A stretch of 64,000 nucleotides of DNA. Origin: an uncultured Verrucomicrobiae bacterium (lineage in GTDB: Bacteria; Verrucomicrobiota; Verrucomicrobiia; Chthoniobacterales; UBA10450). Below the pieces are notes generated by a model, which saw nothing but the letters and a program-made list of their open reading frames with translations, was not told where the DNA came from and ran no database searches. The stretch covers positions 960,001 to 1,024,000 of the forward strand of contig CAWIBO010000002.1 in NCBI GenBank assembly GCA_963834385.1, given 5' to 3'. Positions 1 through 8,899 of the stretch are shown piece by piece. The position numbers were made by a program, and so were the translations under genes. Positions within the stretch are counted from its first letter, which is position 1. Every line of letters begins with the position of its first letter.

Positions 1-68
1 ATGAGTTCAAGGGACATCCCAGCTTCAAACAGCTGATCGACGCCGGTTATCAGGTCATGGTCTTTTAG
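1..68 (+). CDS. 3' end of probable DsrE-family protein (partial)
   Basis: Reads ...EFKGHPSFKQLIDAGYQVMVF* with TAG at 66-68; GHPS...GYQV.F resembles DsrE-like C-termini. Only 21 codons are visible. Confidence 0.5.
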   Translation, partial: EFKGHPSFKQLIDAGYQVMVF

Positions 69-850
69 GAGCCGCTGAGGATCCAGAAACCCCAGCCGGT
101 CAGGAGAAGGCCGGTCAGCGGCCGAAGCCAGCGCAGGCGCGGCATCATTTTTTCCGCCGCGACCAGGAGCGTCAGCGCGGCGATCCAGAGGACGTTCATC
201 ACGCCGAGGACAAAGAGGAGCGCCATCAGGGCCCAGCAGCAGCCGGCACAATACGCGCCGTGGCGCAGGCCCATGGCGAAAGCGCCGGCCCGTCCTTCCC
301 GCCAGCCGCTCATGATGAATTCGAGCGGGCCCTGGCAACGCACCAGACAAGCCCGCTTCCAGGGCGTGAATTGAAACAGGCCAGCAGCGAGGACGAGCGC
401 ACCGCCAAAGAATGCGCTGTTGCTCGCCATCCCCGGTGAAAGCAGGGCGGCGCGGTGCAGAAACCATTGGGCAACCGCCGCCGCCAGGCTGAAAACGCTC
501 CAGACCACGACGTAGCCCGCGGCGAAAACCGCCGCGCCGGCGCAGGCCCGGGCCGCTGCCCGCCGTTTTCGCGCCACCGCGGCAAAGGTCAAAATCATCG
601 GGGCAGCGCTCGGCAGCATCATCGCCACCATCATGACCGTCCACATGAAGAAGAGAGGCAGGAGGGTGGTGGCCGGCCACGCTTGAAGTTCGGGCCCGCC
701 CATCTTCATGCCGAGACAGGCGCAGACGCCGGACACATCCATGCGGCGCGCCTCGTAGGCGGTGTAGATCCAGGCGGCCCCGGCGGAAAGGCCAAGGGCG
801 AGACCGATCAAAAGCCGGTCGCGCCGGCAAAGCGCAGCCACCGCGTCCAT
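65..850 (-). CDS. DUF2182-like predicted metal-binding integral membrane protein
   Basis: Met-rich MWTVMMVAMMLPS, FQFTPWKRACLVRC, G.YCAGCCWALM, GVMN.LW..ALT..VAAEK motifs; multiple TM helices. Start taken at MDAVAAL (850). Confidence 0.85.
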   Translation of the reverse strand: MDAVAALCRRDRLLIGLALGLSAGAAWIYTAYEARRMDVSGVCACLGMKMGGPELQAWPATTLLPLFFMWTVMMVAMMLPSAAPMILTFAAVARKRRAAARACAGAAVFAAGYVVVWSVFSLAAAVAQWFLHRAALLSPGMASNSAFFGGALVLAAGLFQFTPWKRACLVRCQGPLEFIMSGWREGRAGAFAMGLRHGAYCAGCCWALMALLFVLGVMNVLWIAALTLLVAAEKMMPRLRWLRPLTGLLLTGWGFWILSGS

Positions 851-863
851 CAGGCCGGATTCT

Positions 864-1472
864 TCAGTTGTGGTAGCGGATGCGGGCGACAAACCCGGCC
901 TTGTCCGGATAGGAAAAGGTCATCTGATCGACCGCCACCGCCCCTTCCCGGGCGGAGAGCGCCTCGGCCGTCTGGAAAATGAATCCGGTGCCGTGGTTCA
1001 CCGCCACCTGCTCCGGTTCCTTCGTCACCGGATTCCGGATCGGCTCGAGTGATATCTTGAACTGCTCGCCGCCCACCCGGACAGAACTGCGGGCGCCGTC
1101 CATCTTGAAGGTGAAGGGAACGAACTTCGGCTCGAGCAGCGTGGTGAAGGTGCCGGCAAGGATCTCAAAGGGAAGCCCGCCCGCTTCGCCGCTGCCGATG
1201 CTGATCAGCGCCTGCCGCTGTTCCGGCGAGGCCTTTTCGTCAATGAACAAACAGACGGTCCCGTTTCCCTCGTGGATCGCGCCCGGCCATTTGGCCGCGA
1301 AACCAAGCCCCAGGCCATCGAGCGAAACCCCGTCGTATTCGCCGCGTTCGATGCGCCAGGCTCCCATGCCTTCACAAAAACCTGGCGTGGGCGGCGCGGA
1401 AAACTCGCAGGGGCAGCCGTAGTCGCAATTGCAGGCCTGAAGGTAGTCAGCCTCGAAAGACCACTTCTTCAC
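864..1472 (-). CDS. DUF1326-like Cys-rich protein
   Basis: GTG start, then W.FEADYLQACNCDYGCPCEF..PPT.GFCEG, WPGAIHEGNG, IDEKA..EQR.AL; adjacent to the DUF2182-like gene, a known pairing. Confidence 0.85.
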   Translation of the reverse strand: MKKWSFEADYLQACNCDYGCPCEFSAPPTPGFCEGMGAWRIERGEYDGVSLDGLGLGFAAKWPGAIHEGNGTVCLFIDEKASPEQRQALISIGSGEAGGLPFEILAGTFTTLLEPKFVPFTFKMDGARSSVRVGGEQFKISLEPIRNPVTKEPEQVAVNHGTGFIFQTAEALSAREGAVAVDQMTFSYPDKAGFVARIRYHN

Positions 1473-1527
1473 CCGGAAAGTCTGCCTCCGGGCCGGGGAC
1501 GGAGTCAAGAATCCTCTCCGCTCCAGA

Positions 1528-2973
1528 TTAGAAAAGCGCGGTGATGATCCGGGAGACAAGCCGGTCCGGGAGCAGCCCGAGGAAAAGAACAAACCCGGCC
1601 AGGATCGAAATGGTGACCCGCGGCAGGAAAGCCGGCGCTGCCCCCGGGGCTGGCAGGGGCGCGTCGCTGACCAGCACAAGTTTCATGACCACCAAATAAT
1701 AATAGAGGGAAACAAGGCTCCCCAGGAGGGCGAGGGCGACCAGCCAGAGCAGCCCATGGTCCGGTCCGGCGGCCAGGGCCGCGCTGAACAGATAAAACTT
1801 CCCGAAAAAGCCGGCCAGGGGCGGCAGCCCGGCGAGCGAGAGGAGGAAAAAACAGAAACACCCGGCAAGCAGCGGCGAACGCGCGCGCAGGCCAGCGAAA
1901 TTGTCGAGATCGTCGCCCCCGGTCTCGTGTCGGACGAGGGCGATCACGCCAAACGCACCCACAAGGGTGAAGGCATAGATCGTGGTGTAGAACAGGGTGG
2001 AGGCAAAGCCGTCGCGCCCCGCCACCAACCCGAGCAGGGCGTAACCGGCATGGGCCACCGCGGAATAGCCCAGAAGCCGGCGCACATTTTTTTGGGCCAG
2101 CGCCACGAGGTTGCCCACGATAATGGAGGCGGCCGCGAGCAGCGCCAGCAGCGGAGCCCAACCCGGGGCAAAACTTCCCCACTCCGCGTTTCCAATCGCC
2201 GGGCCGAAGGCGGTAAGCACAAGTTTTCCCAGGACGACAAACGCGGCCACCTTGGAGCCGGAGGCAATGAAGGCGGCGGCCGGCACCGGCGCGCCCTGGT
2301 AGGTATCAGCCACCCAGAGATGGAAAGGGGCGGCCGCGATCTTGAAGGCGAACCCGATCAGCGTCATGAGCAGGCCGACGGCAAGAAGCGGGGCCGGCGT
2401 TTCCGTAAATCGGCTGGCGATGGCGTCGAAGCCGGTGCTGCCGGTCATGCCGTAAACCAGGCTGAGGCCAAAGAGGGTGAAGGCGCTGGCGGTGCTGCCA
2501 AAAAGGAAATACTTCAACCCGGCCTCCGCGGAATGGCGGTCGCGCTTGTCGAACGCCGTCATGAGATAGAGGGCGAGGCCGGTCAGCTCGAGGCCGATGA
2601 AGACCATGAGCAATTCCTCGCTTCCGACGAGCAGAAGGAGACCGATTGTTCCCAGCAAAATGAGCGCGAGGAACTCCGCCTGGTTGCGCGGCACCTCCTC
2701 GTCGCGAGCCATGACCACGGTAAAAAGCGCCAGCGCGAGACAGATAACCTTGAACAAGGAAACCAGCGGACTGAGCACGAGCATGCCGCCAAAAAGAACC
2801 GCCTCTTCGGGGAGCCGCCCGACAGCGTAGGCGGCGGCCACAATTCCGAGGGCCGCGAGCGGCGGGGTAAAGGCCGCCCCCCGCGGCCCGGCCAGGCCGA
2901 GCGACAGGACAAGCACGGCAGCCAGGGCCAGGATGGCTTCCGGGGCCGCGAGCAGCAGCAGTTCTAGATACAT
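1528..2973 (-). CDS. nuoN: NADH-quinone oxidoreductase subunit N
   Basis: SAEAGLKYFLFGS, FKIAAAPFHLWVADTYQGAP, RRLLGYSAVAHAGY, SLAGLPPLAGFFGKF. Confidence 0.95.
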   Translation of the reverse strand: MYLELLLLAAPEAILALAAVLVLSLGLAGPRGAAFTPPLAALGIVAAAYAVGRLPEEAVLFGGMLVLSPLVSLFKVICLALALFTVVMARDEEVPRNQAEFLALILLGTIGLLLLVGSEELLMVFIGLELTGLALYLMTAFDKRDRHSAEAGLKYFLFGSTASAFTLFGLSLVYGMTGSTGFDAIASRFTETPAPLLAVGLLMTLIGFAFKIAAAPFHLWVADTYQGAPVPAAAFIASGSKVAAFVVLGKLVLTAFGPAIGNAEWGSFAPGWAPLLALLAAASIIVGNLVALAQKNVRRLLGYSAVAHAGYALLGLVAGRDGFASTLFYTTIYAFTLVGAFGVIALVRHETGGDDLDNFAGLRARSPLLAGCFCFFLLSLAGLPPLAGFFGKFYLFSAALAAGPDHGLLWLVALALLGSLVSLYYYLVVMKLVLVSDAPLPAPGAAPAFLPRVTISILAGFVLFLGLLPDRLVSRIITALF

Positions 2974-3001
2974 GAAAGGGAAATGGTGGCGATCACGGGG
3001 T

Positions 3002-4475
3002 TCATGCGCCGGGTCGGAACAGGTTCATCGCCTCGAGAGCGGGCATGACGCGGTCAAAAAGGAATTTTGGGTAAAGACCGGCGGCGAGCGTGCCGAGCAG
3101 GAGGATGATCGTCCCGATTTTTTCCGGGAAACTCACGGGAGAAAAGGCGGGAGCCGCGGTGTTCTCCTCAACGGTCTCGCGGCTGAAGAAGGAAAGTTTG
3201 AGCGCACGCAGGGTAAACGCCGCCACCAGCACCATGCCGGCGCCGGTCAGGCCGACGGCGACGGGATAATTCTGCCATGCGCCCAGCAGGATGGTGATCT
3301 CGGCGGCAAACCCGCTGAATCCCGGAATGCCCATGGAAGCGGCGGAAGCGGCGGCAAAGGCAAAGGCGAGAAAAGGCAACTGGCGCGCAAGCGGGAGCCG
3401 GGCCAGCTCCGCAAGGTCCCGGGTGTGCGTGCGCCGGTAAATGGCGCCGGCCAAAGCGAAAAGGAGCGCGCCGATGATTCCATGCGAGAACATCTGGAGG
3501 ACGGCGCCGCCTGCGCCGAGCGCGGTGGCCGAGCCGAGTCCAAGCAGGACAAAGCCCATGTGGCTGACGCTCGAATAGCCGATGACGAATTTAAGGTCAC
3601 GCTGGCGGAGAGCCACCGCCGCGGCATAGACAATGCCCAGGACGCCGAGGAAGACGATGGCGTCCCGCCAGGCGTGATAACCCGCCGGGAGCAGGTTCAT
3701 CGCCACCCGCAGCGCGCCGTAGGCCCCGAGCTTCATGACAATTCCGGCCAGGAGCATGGAGCCCGCGGTCGGCGCGGCCACGTGGCCGGTCGGCGCCCAG
3801 GTGTGCAGCGGCCAGATGCCGGCGAGGATGGCAAAGCCGAGGAACAGCACCGGGAAAACCCATGTCTGCACCTCGGTTGCGATCGGATAGCGAGCCAGTT
3901 GCGAAAGATCGAGCGCCGTGGACACGCTCTCTTTTCCCGCGGTGACGTAGATCGCCATGAGGCCGATCATGACGAGCGCGCCTCCGAGAAAGGAATAAAG
4001 CGTCAGTTTCATGGCGCCGTATTCGCGGTTGGTTGAGCCCCAGATCGCGATCAGGAAAAATTTGGGGATGATCACGACCTCGTAGAAGAGGAAGAAAAGG
4101 AAAAGATCGGCGCTCAGGAAAACGCCAAAGGACCCGCCCACCACAAGCAACAGCCAGAAGAAAAACTCGTTCTGGCGCCTGTCCGTTTCCCAGGAAAAGA
4201 GCACGGCGCAGGCGGCCGTGAGCCCGGTGACGAGACAGAGGGTCAGGCTGATGCCGTCCGCCGCGAGATGATATTCCATCCCGAGCGACGGCACCCATTC
4301 GAGGCGCGTGATCGTTTGGAAAAGACCGGGCTTGTCCCGGCCGAAGAACGCCAGGAGCGAGATGCACGGCGCCGGCGCCGGTGACGAGCAGGGCGATCCA
4401 GCGGGCCCAGAGGCGCGGCAAAAGCAGGGCGGCCAGCGCCCCGGCAAAGGAAAGATAGATCGTCCAGGCAATCAT
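3002..4475 (-). CDS. nuoM: NADH-quinone oxidoreductase subunit M (second copy); +1 frameshift near 4365, probably a read error
   Basis: N-terminus MIAWTIYLSF (ORF 3597..4475) joins the 3002..4471 frame with DGISL, PLHTWAPTGHVAAPTAGSMLLAG, IGYSSVSHMG, SMGIPGFSGFAAE. Confidence 0.9.
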
Positions 4476-4479
4476 GCGT

Positions 4480-5946
4480 TCAGGTCAGGATCCGCGCGAG
4501 GTGCACCACGGCGGCGTTGAAAATGTTCAGGAGAAACTGCGGCGCGAGACCGATGGCGAACATGAGCAGGGTCACCGGCGCCACCACCGCCATTTCCCCG
4601 CGGCGCATTTCGGGAAAGGTCTCCGCGCCTGCCGGGACCGGCCCGCTGAAGAGCGCCTGCATCGCGCGCAGAAACACCACCGCGGTAATGAGAAGGCCAA
4701 AGGCCGCGGTCGCGGCGAAGGGCGCAGCCAGGGCAAAGGTTCCCTTGAAGATCAAAAATTCACCGATAAACCCGTTCAACCCGGGCAGACCGAGCGAGGA
4801 AAACATGGCTACGCTCATCCAGCCCGAAAAAATCGGTGCGCGCTGCATCAGCCCGCCGAAATCAGCGAGACCGCGCCGGCCGCGGCGTTGCTCGAGCAGT
4901 CCCACATAATAGAAGAGCGCGGCGGCGGTGATGCCGTGGCTCGCCATCTGCACGAGCACGCCGCTCAAGGCGGCCTGGCTTTCCGCGGCCAACCCGGCCC
5001 CGGCCGCGCCCACGGCGAAAAGAGCCAGCAGACAGTACCCCAGATGGTTGATCGAAAGGTAGGCCACCATTCGCTTGAGGTCGGTCTGCGCCCACGCTGC
5101 CAGCGACGCGAAGAGGATCGAGCAGACCGCCAGCCCCATCAGCCAGGGCCCGAGCGCCTGGATCTGGCTGGGAAAAAGCGGCAACAGCAGACGGATGAAC
5201 CCGTAGACCCCCATCTTCGAAAGCGCGCCGGTCAACACCATCGCCACACCGGTGGGCGCGGCGGCGTAGGCGTCGGGCAGCCAGGTGTGAAACGGAAAAA
5301 TCGGCACCTTGACCGCGAGTCCCAGGAAAATGCCGGCGAAGATGAACCACGTTTCAGGACCTTCGAGCAGACCGCTCCGGCCAAGCGCCGGCAGCGCCGC
5401 AAACTCGAAGGTGCCGCCGACATAATACACCCCGAGAAAGCCGAGGAGCATGGCGATGCTCCCAAGAAAAGTGTAGAGAAAGAACCGGGTCGACGCGCGC
5501 TCGCTGGCTTCCCCACCCCAGAGGCGGATGAGCAGAAACGACGGGAGCAAACTCAGTTCGTAGAAAAGAAACCAGAGCACGAAATTCTGGGCGGTGAACG
5601 TCCCGTAGAGGCCGGCCTGGAGCAGGAGCATGAGGGAGAAAAAACCGCGGGAGCCCTGGTGGTGCGCGCAGAGCGCAAACGGCAGGATCACCGTGGTGAG
5701 CAGGACCAGCAGGAGGCTGAGGCCGTCGAGCCCGAGGAGGTACTCGGCGCCGAGCGACGGGATCCAGGGGCGGCGTTCGACCAGTTGCAAACCCACCACG
5801 TCCGGAACGAACCGGGCGCAAAGACCGGCGACGAGGGCCACGCAGCCCGCCTGGACAAGGAACGTCGCCAGCCGTGCCCGCGCGGCCGGGAGCAGCGCGA
5901 TCCCAATCGCGCCGAGCAGCGGAAGAAGAATAAGCGCGGTAATCAT
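4480..5946 (-). CDS. nuoM: NADH-quinone oxidoreductase subunit M (first copy)
   Basis: LGLDGLSL, FYE..LLP.FLLI..WG, AVKVPIFPFHTWLPDAY, DLKRMVAYLSINHLG, SLGLPGLNGFIGEF. Confidence 0.93.
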   Translation of the reverse strand: MITALILLPLLGAIGIALLPAARARLATFLVQAGCVALVAGLCARFVPDVVGLQLVERRPWIPSLGAEYLLGLDGLSLLLVLLTTVILPFALCAHHQGSRGFFSLMLLLQAGLYGTFTAQNFVLWFLFYELSLLPSFLLIRLWGGEASERASTRFFLYTFLGSIAMLLGFLGVYYVGGTFEFAALPALGRSGLLEGPETWFIFAGIFLGLAVKVPIFPFHTWLPDAYAAAPTGVAMVLTGALSKMGVYGFIRLLLPLFPSQIQALGPWLMGLAVCSILFASLAAWAQTDLKRMVAYLSINHLGYCLLALFAVGAAGAGLAAESQAALSGVLVQMASHGITAAALFYYVGLLEQRRGRRGLADFGGLMQRAPIFSGWMSVAMFSSLGLPGLNGFIGEFLIFKGTFALAAPFAATAAFGLLITAVVFLRAMQALFSGPVPAGAETFPEMRRGEMAVVAPVTLLMFAIGLAPQFLLNIFNAAVVHLARILT

Positions 5947-7919
5947 TGCCACCAGGCGTAGAGGAGAAGAAGCGCCAGCGCGCTGAAGACCAGACCGGCC
6001 AGATAACCCTGCACCCGGCCGGAGTGCAGCCGCGAAATGACCCGGCCCAGCCCGCGCGTGAGTTCGCTCCCATGGTCCACCCGCGCATTGATCGCGTGAT
6101 CGTCCACGCCTTTCCCGATCACACCGGCGAGCTGCCCGGCGCCGCCCACCAGCCGGACCAAACCGCCCCAGACAAAGCGGTCGAGCCAGTCCGCAGCGCG
6201 AGCGGCGCCCCGGGCGACCGCCACCACCGTGACGGCATAAAGTTCATCAATCCAGAAACGCCGCGACAAGGGGCGAAAAAGCCATGGTTGCGTGGCCTCC
6301 AGCCAGTCCTCACGTCCCGAGCCCCGGTAAAACCAGATCCCGAGAAACAGGCCGAGCGCCACCAGCACCATGGAGATGAACAACATTGGCTGAAAAAAAT
6401 TGGCGGGTTCAAAGTGGACCGGTTCGCCGAGAAGATAGTGGTGCAGCCAGGGCCAAGCCGGGGTGAGCAGCGCGCTCAGCGCCACCGTCGCCGCCGCCAG
6501 GAAAAGCAGCGGCAGGCGCATCACCCATGGGCTTTCCTCCGGGACGCTCTCCTCGCGGCGGGCGTCGCCGTAAAAGACGAAGATCATCTGGCGCGTCATG
6601 TAAAGCGCGGTCAGGACCACGCCGGCCATCATGAGATAATGGGGCCAACGCGAAACGGGCCAGAGCGCGGTGGCGTGCAGAATTTCCTCCTTGGTCCAGG
6701 CGCCGGCGAAAAGAAGGGGAAACCCGCTCAGGGCAAGCATGCCGATTGCGTAAACGGCAAAGGTCCACGGCATGAACCGCCGCAGGCCGCCCAGCCTCCG
6801 GATGTCCTGTTCATGATGGTTGCCGTGAATAACCGAGCCGGCGCCCAGAAAGAGCAGCGCCTTGAAGAAACCATGCGCGAGCAGGTGCATGATTCCGGCG
6901 GCGACCCCGCCCACCCCGAGCGAGACCATCATGAGCCCAAGCTGCGAGATGGTGGAATAGGCCAGGACCCGCTTGAGATCGAACTGCGCCAGGGCGAGGA
7001 GAGCGCCGAGCAGCCCGGTGATCACGCCCACCCAGACCACCACGGTGAGCGAGGTCGTGACGCCATTGCCGACGCTGCCCACGAGGAAAAGCGGGTAAAC
7101 GCGCGCGACCAGGAAAACGCCCGCGGCCACCATGGTGGCGGCATGAATCAAGGCGCTCACCGGCGTCGGCCCTTCCATCGCGTCCGGCAGCCAGGTGTGC
7201 AGCGGGAACTGGCCGGATTTCCCGGCGGCCCCGCAAAAGATGAGGAGGGCGATCCCGGTGGCGCTGCCGCCGAGGACCATGAGCGACGCCCCTTCGAGGC
7301 AGCCCGCGCCGTTGTCGTAAAAAAGCAGGGTGCCGCTCCGGTGATAGAGCCAGAGCAACCCGAGGAAGAACCCGACATCGCCAAGGCGCGTGATAATGAA
7401 CGCTTTTTTGGCGGCGGCGGCCGCGGCCGGCCGTTCGATCCAGAATCCGATCAGCAGCCAGGAGGCGAGCCCAACCAATTCCCAGCAGATGAAAAGAAGA
7501 AGGAGGCTGTTGGCCACGACCACGCCGAGCATGGCTGCGGTGAAAAAGGAGAGATAAGCGAAGAAGCGGGTGAAGTTCGGGTCGCCACCCATGTAACCGA
7601 TGCTGAAGAGAAAGATGCAGAGGCTCACCACCGTGATCATGAGCAGGAGGGCGGCGGTCAGCGGATCAAGCATCCAGCCGAGCGGCAACGTCTGGTCGCC
7701 AAAGGTGAACCAGGTGAAGTTATGCACCGCACGCGAGGCGGGCACGACAAGGGTCTCGCGGAACGCGACCAGCGAAAGAACGAGCGCTCCGGCCTGGCCC
7801 GCGAGAGCGAACCCCACCGTGGTCCGGCGCCAGGGGCGCGGCAACAGCAGGATCAGGAGCGCCGCCGCCAATGGCAGGACCGGGATCAGCCAGAGCGAGG
7901 AAACGATGGAGGGATTCAT
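5943..7919 (-). CDS. nuoL: NADH-quinone oxidoreductase subunit L with extended C-terminal lateral helix
   Basis: GKSGQFPLHTWLPDAMEGPTPVSALIHAATMVAAG, KRVLAYSTISQLG, HGFFKALLFLGAGSVIH. Confidence 0.96.
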   Translation of the reverse strand: MNPSIVSSLWLIPVLPLAAALLILLLPRPWRRTTVGFALAGQAGALVLSLVAFRETLVVPASRAVHNFTWFTFGDQTLPLGWMLDPLTAALLLMITVVSLCIFLFSIGYMGGDPNFTRFFAYLSFFTAAMLGVVVANSLLLLFICWELVGLASWLLIGFWIERPAAAAAAKKAFIITRLGDVGFFLGLLWLYHRSGTLLFYDNGAGCLEGASLMVLGGSATGIALLIFCGAAGKSGQFPLHTWLPDAMEGPTPVSALIHAATMVAAGVFLVARVYPLFLVGSVGNGVTTSLTVVVWVGVITGLLGALLALAQFDLKRVLAYSTISQLGLMMVSLGVGGVAAGIMHLLAHGFFKALLFLGAGSVIHGNHHEQDIRRLGGLRRFMPWTFAVYAIGMLALSGFPLLFAGAWTKEEILHATALWPVSRWPHYLMMAGVVLTALYMTRQMIFVFYGDARREESVPEESPWVMRLPLLFLAAATVALSALLTPAWPWLHHYLLGEPVHFEPANFFQPMLFISMVLVALGLFLGIWFYRGSGREDWLEATQPWLFRPLSRRFWIDELYAVTVVAVARGAARAADWLDRFVWGGLVRLVGGAGQLAGVIGKGVDDHAINARVDHGSELTRGLGRVISRLHSGRVQGYLAGLVFSALALLLLYAWWQ

Positions 7920-7950
7920 CAGGTGGCGCGCACGGTTCCGAAAATCGTGG

Positions 7951-8265
7951 TCATCCTTTCAGGTGATCAAGCCGATCCACGCTGGTGGTGCGGTAATGCC
8001 GGTAAACGGCCAGGACGAGAGCGAGACCGACGGCCGCCTCGGCCGCGGCGATGGCGATGGAAAAAATCGCGACCAGCACGCCGATGGGCGGCTGCGGAGA
8101 AGGGGCGAACCGCCAGAAGGCAATGAAGTTGAGGTTGGCCGCGGCCAGCATCAGCTCAATCCCGATCAGGATGAAGATGGCGTGGCGCCGGCTGAGAGCG
8201 GCGAGCAACCCAACGCAAAAAAGCGCGGCGGAAACGAGTAGGATGAGCTGGAGGGTGGCGGTCAT
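7951..8265 (-). CDS. nuoK: NADH-quinone oxidoreductase subunit K
   Basis: [12 protein letters not shown] and [14 protein letters not shown] motifs; ATG at 8265 (MTATLQ). Confidence 0.93.
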   Translation of the reverse strand: MTATLQLILLVSAALFCVGLLAALSRRHAIFILIGIELMLAAANLNFIAFWRFAPSPQPPIGVLVAIFSIAIAAAEAAVGLALVLAVYRHYRTTSVDRLDHLKG

Positions 8266-8267
8266 GT

Positions 8268-8411
8268 TCCCGGGTATCGGGGGCGTCTCGCCCACTGGCA
8301 ATGGCGTCCCTGCCCTGGCGAACTTGAGCAGGCTCGGATGCATCGCGGCGCAGGAAGATCGTTTCGGCAGGATGCCGAAACCGGCGGGCGAGACGCCCAC
8401 CCTACCCGGGA
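8268..8411. repeat. GTAG-type REP inverted pair (REPIN-like) between nuoJ and nuoK
   Basis: Left arm TCCCGGGTATCGGGGGCGTCTCGCCC...CCTGCC (8268-8314) is an imperfect inverted copy of the right arm (8366-8411), whose reverse complement is TCCCGGGTAGGGTGGGCGTCTCGCCC...CCTGCC. Confidence 0.75.
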
Positions 8412-8416
8412 TGTGG

Positions 8417-8899
8417 TCACGATTTTTCCTCCATGACGAGGACAAGCGCGCCGAGCAGGGCCGCGGTGAGGAGAAGGCCGACGCATTGCAGTGGCCAGAT
8501 GTACGCAGTCATGAGCGTTTCACCGATTTGTCTCACGGTGAGCGCTTCCATGGCCGGCGGGGCTGCGGTCAGGCCCGGCGTTCGGAGGATGGCCCAGGCC
8601 AGGCCGCCAAAAACAGCCAGCGCCAGGAGAAGACCGATCCATGGCAGCCCGCGCCGCCCGCTTTCCTCGCGCCGGGTCAGCAGGATGGTGAAGACGATCA
8701 GGATGGCGACGGCGCCGACGTAGACGAAGACCTGGACGAGCCCGACGAACTCAGCCCCGAGGAAGAAATAGAAGGCGGCCAGGCCGACAAAGGCGAGTGC
8801 CAGCGAGAGGGCGGCGTGAATCAGGCGCGGCAGGGTCGCGGCCGCGAGCGCGGCGGCGAGCGTGAAAACGGCGATGAAGGTGAAAACGATGAGGTTCAC
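8417..8899 (-). CDS. nuoJ: NADH-quinone oxidoreductase subunit J
   Basis: [35 protein letters not shown] start overlaps the nuoH stop. Confidence 0.92.
   Translation of the reverse strand: MNLIVFTFIAVFTLAAALAAATLPRLIHAALSLALAFVGLAAFYFFLGAEFVGLVQVFVYVGAVAILIVFTILLTRREESGRRGLPWIGLLLALAVFGGLAWAILRTPGLTAAPPAMEALTVRQIGETLMTAYIWPLQCVGLLLTAALLGALVLVMEEKS

Noticed and set aside
3002..4475. Second nuoM as a pseudogene
   Set aside because: A single +1 indel matching the window-wide error pattern; motifs are intact, and the NuoL helix extension is consistent with a functional extra subunit.
4474..8126. Long antisense ORFs (e.g. 4474..5961, 5946..8126, 20844..22643, 58739..60283)
   Set aside because: Shadow frames of well-supported genes in high-GC DNA, with no recognisable motifs.
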